Source: Octopus bimaculoides (lineage: Eukaryota). Taken from it: a DNA stretch of 36,181 nucleotides. Location: assembly GCF_001194135.2 (NCBI RefSeq), contig NC_069003.1, positions 28,043,286-28,079,466 of the forward strand, written 5' to 3'. Each line of letters starts with the position of its first letter. Positions within the stretch are counted from its first letter, which is position 1. The position numbers and the translations under genes are program-made. Shown here piece by piece: positions 34,801 through 36,181 of the stretch. Below the pieces are notes generated by a model, which was not told where the DNA came from, ran no database searches, and was given only the letters and a program-made list of their open reading frames with translations.

Positions 34801-35980
34801 TCAGTCGTTCGTTCGTCCGCAGGCACGTACATTCATTCGTACCTACGTCCGCAATTACGATCGTAATTACGTACGTACATAGGTCGTTCTTTCGTACGTA
34901 CTTACGTTCGTTCATTCCTTCATTCTTACGTATGAACGTACGTACAAACCTACCTTCGTTTGTTCGTTGTGTCGTTTGTTCGTTCGTTCGTTTCTTCGTA
35001 CGTACACACGTACGTTCTTTCGCTAGGTCGTTCCTTCGTACGTTCTTACGCACATACGCAAGTACGAAGGTACGTACGTACGTTCGTTGCTTCGTTCGTT
35101 CGTTCGATCGTCCAGTTATTCGTTCGTTCGTTCGTATGCACGTATGATCGTTCGTTCTTACGTACGTATGTTCGTTCCTTCGATCGTTTGCTCGTTCGTT
35201 CCTTCGATCGTTCTTTTGTTCGGACGTACGTACGTTCGCTCGGACGTACGTACGTTCGCTCGGACGTACGTACGTCCATTTGTTTGTTCGTTCGATCTTT
35301 CTTTCGTTCACAAGTGCGTACGTACGTTCATTCTAATGTATTTACTACGTACGTACGTTCGTTCATTCCTTCATTCTTACGTATGAACGTACCTTCGTTT
35401 GTTCGTTGTGTCGTTTCTTCGTTCGTACACACGTACGTTCTTTCGTTCGGGCGTTCGTTAGTTCTTTCGTATGTACGTTCGTTTGCACGTTCTTACGTAC
35501 ATACGTAAGTACGTCCGTTCATTAGTTCGCTTGCATGTACGTACGTTCGCACGTTTATTTGTTTGTTCATTCGATCTTTCTTTCGTGCACAAGTGCGTAC
35601 GTTCATTCGTTTGTTCATTCTAATGTACTTACTACGTACGTACGTTCGTTCTTTTGTTCGTTCGTACGTACCTACGGTCAGACGTACGTACGGACGTATG
35701 TACGCACGTTCCTTAGTTTGCTCGATCGTACGTACGTACGTTTGTTTCTTGGTACGTACGCACGTACGTTCGGTCGTTCGTTAGTTCTTTGCTTCGTTCG
35801 TTCCTTCGTATATACGTTCGTACGTACATACGTAAGTACCTACGTACGTTCGATCGTATGTCCGTACGTACGTAAGAGCGTATGAACGTTCAATCGTTAA
35901 TTCCTTCGTACGTTCGCTCGTTCATTCATTTTCTTTCTTCGTTCATTCGTACCTTCATACGGACGTACTTACGTATGAAC
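31890..35980. repeat. CpG-rich complex tetranucleotide satellite (TTCG/TACG lattice) with higher-order repeats
   Basis: Period-4 units TTCG, TACG, TTTG, TTCA, TATG, TACA; a 45-50 bp marker block recurs at about 32598, 33263, 34016, 34188, 34913 and 35364; internal 10-N gap at 32184-32193. Confidence 0.95.
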
Positions 35981-36122
35981 ATAAATAGATATATATATAT
36001 ATATATATAACTAAATAAATAAATAAATATATATATATATATATAAATGAATAAGTATATATATAAATAAATAAATATATATATATAAATAAATAAATAA
36101 ATATGTATATATATAAATATAT
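35980..36122. repeat. (TA)n/(TAAA)n low-complexity tract
   Basis: Direct observation. Confidence 0.95.
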
Positions 36123-36181
36123 ATCATCATCATCGTTTAACGTCCGCTTTCCATGCTAGCATGGGTTGGACGATTTGACTG
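36123..36181 (-). mobile_element. 3' end of a young (GAT)n-tail SINE, cut by the window edge
   Basis: Reverse complement is identical to about 539-597. Confidence 0.9.

Noticed and set aside
31893-35885. Dozens of long VRS/YVRT-rich ORFs (up to 272 aa) on both strands
   Set aside because: They result from translating a period-4 satellite that is poor in stop codons; they overlap in all frames and lack protein complexity.

Overview
AT-rich, repeat-dense eukaryotic DNA, most likely intronic or intergenic sequence from an octopus. This is inferred from the tRNA-derived SINE families and the dense (CA)n/(TA)n microsatellites; there is no prokaryotic gene organisation, and almost all ORFs in the supplied track are repeat artefacts. 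Contents: (1) about 20 SINE copies of at least 5 families, six TTAA-flanked piggyBac-type MITE copies, and a mariner MITE nested in a hAT MITE nested in a SINE; (2) decayed autonomous-element remnants: RTE, CR1/L2, Tc1, a probable hAT transposase, two probable Gypsy LTR ends, and a roughly 2.5-3.5 kb Penelope-like retroelement with GIY-YIG endonuclease upstream of RT (Naiad-type order); (3) in that element, an in-frame TGA at a CxxC cysteine, a SECIS-like motif just after the stop codon and a decayed hammerhead-like motif downstream, all speculative; (4) a better preserved hammerhead-like motif at 174-230; (5) local rearrangements: a ~270-bp inverted templated insertion into a minisatellite and a permuted duplication; (6) candidate exons: a Q-rich plus-strand exon at 26043-26581 and a phase-compatible minus-strand four-exon chain weakly resembling a longin-domain Rab-GEF; (7) a ~4 kb CpG-rich TTCG/TACG satellite with higher-order structure. 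All homology calls come from manual translation and remembered motifs, not from database searches.
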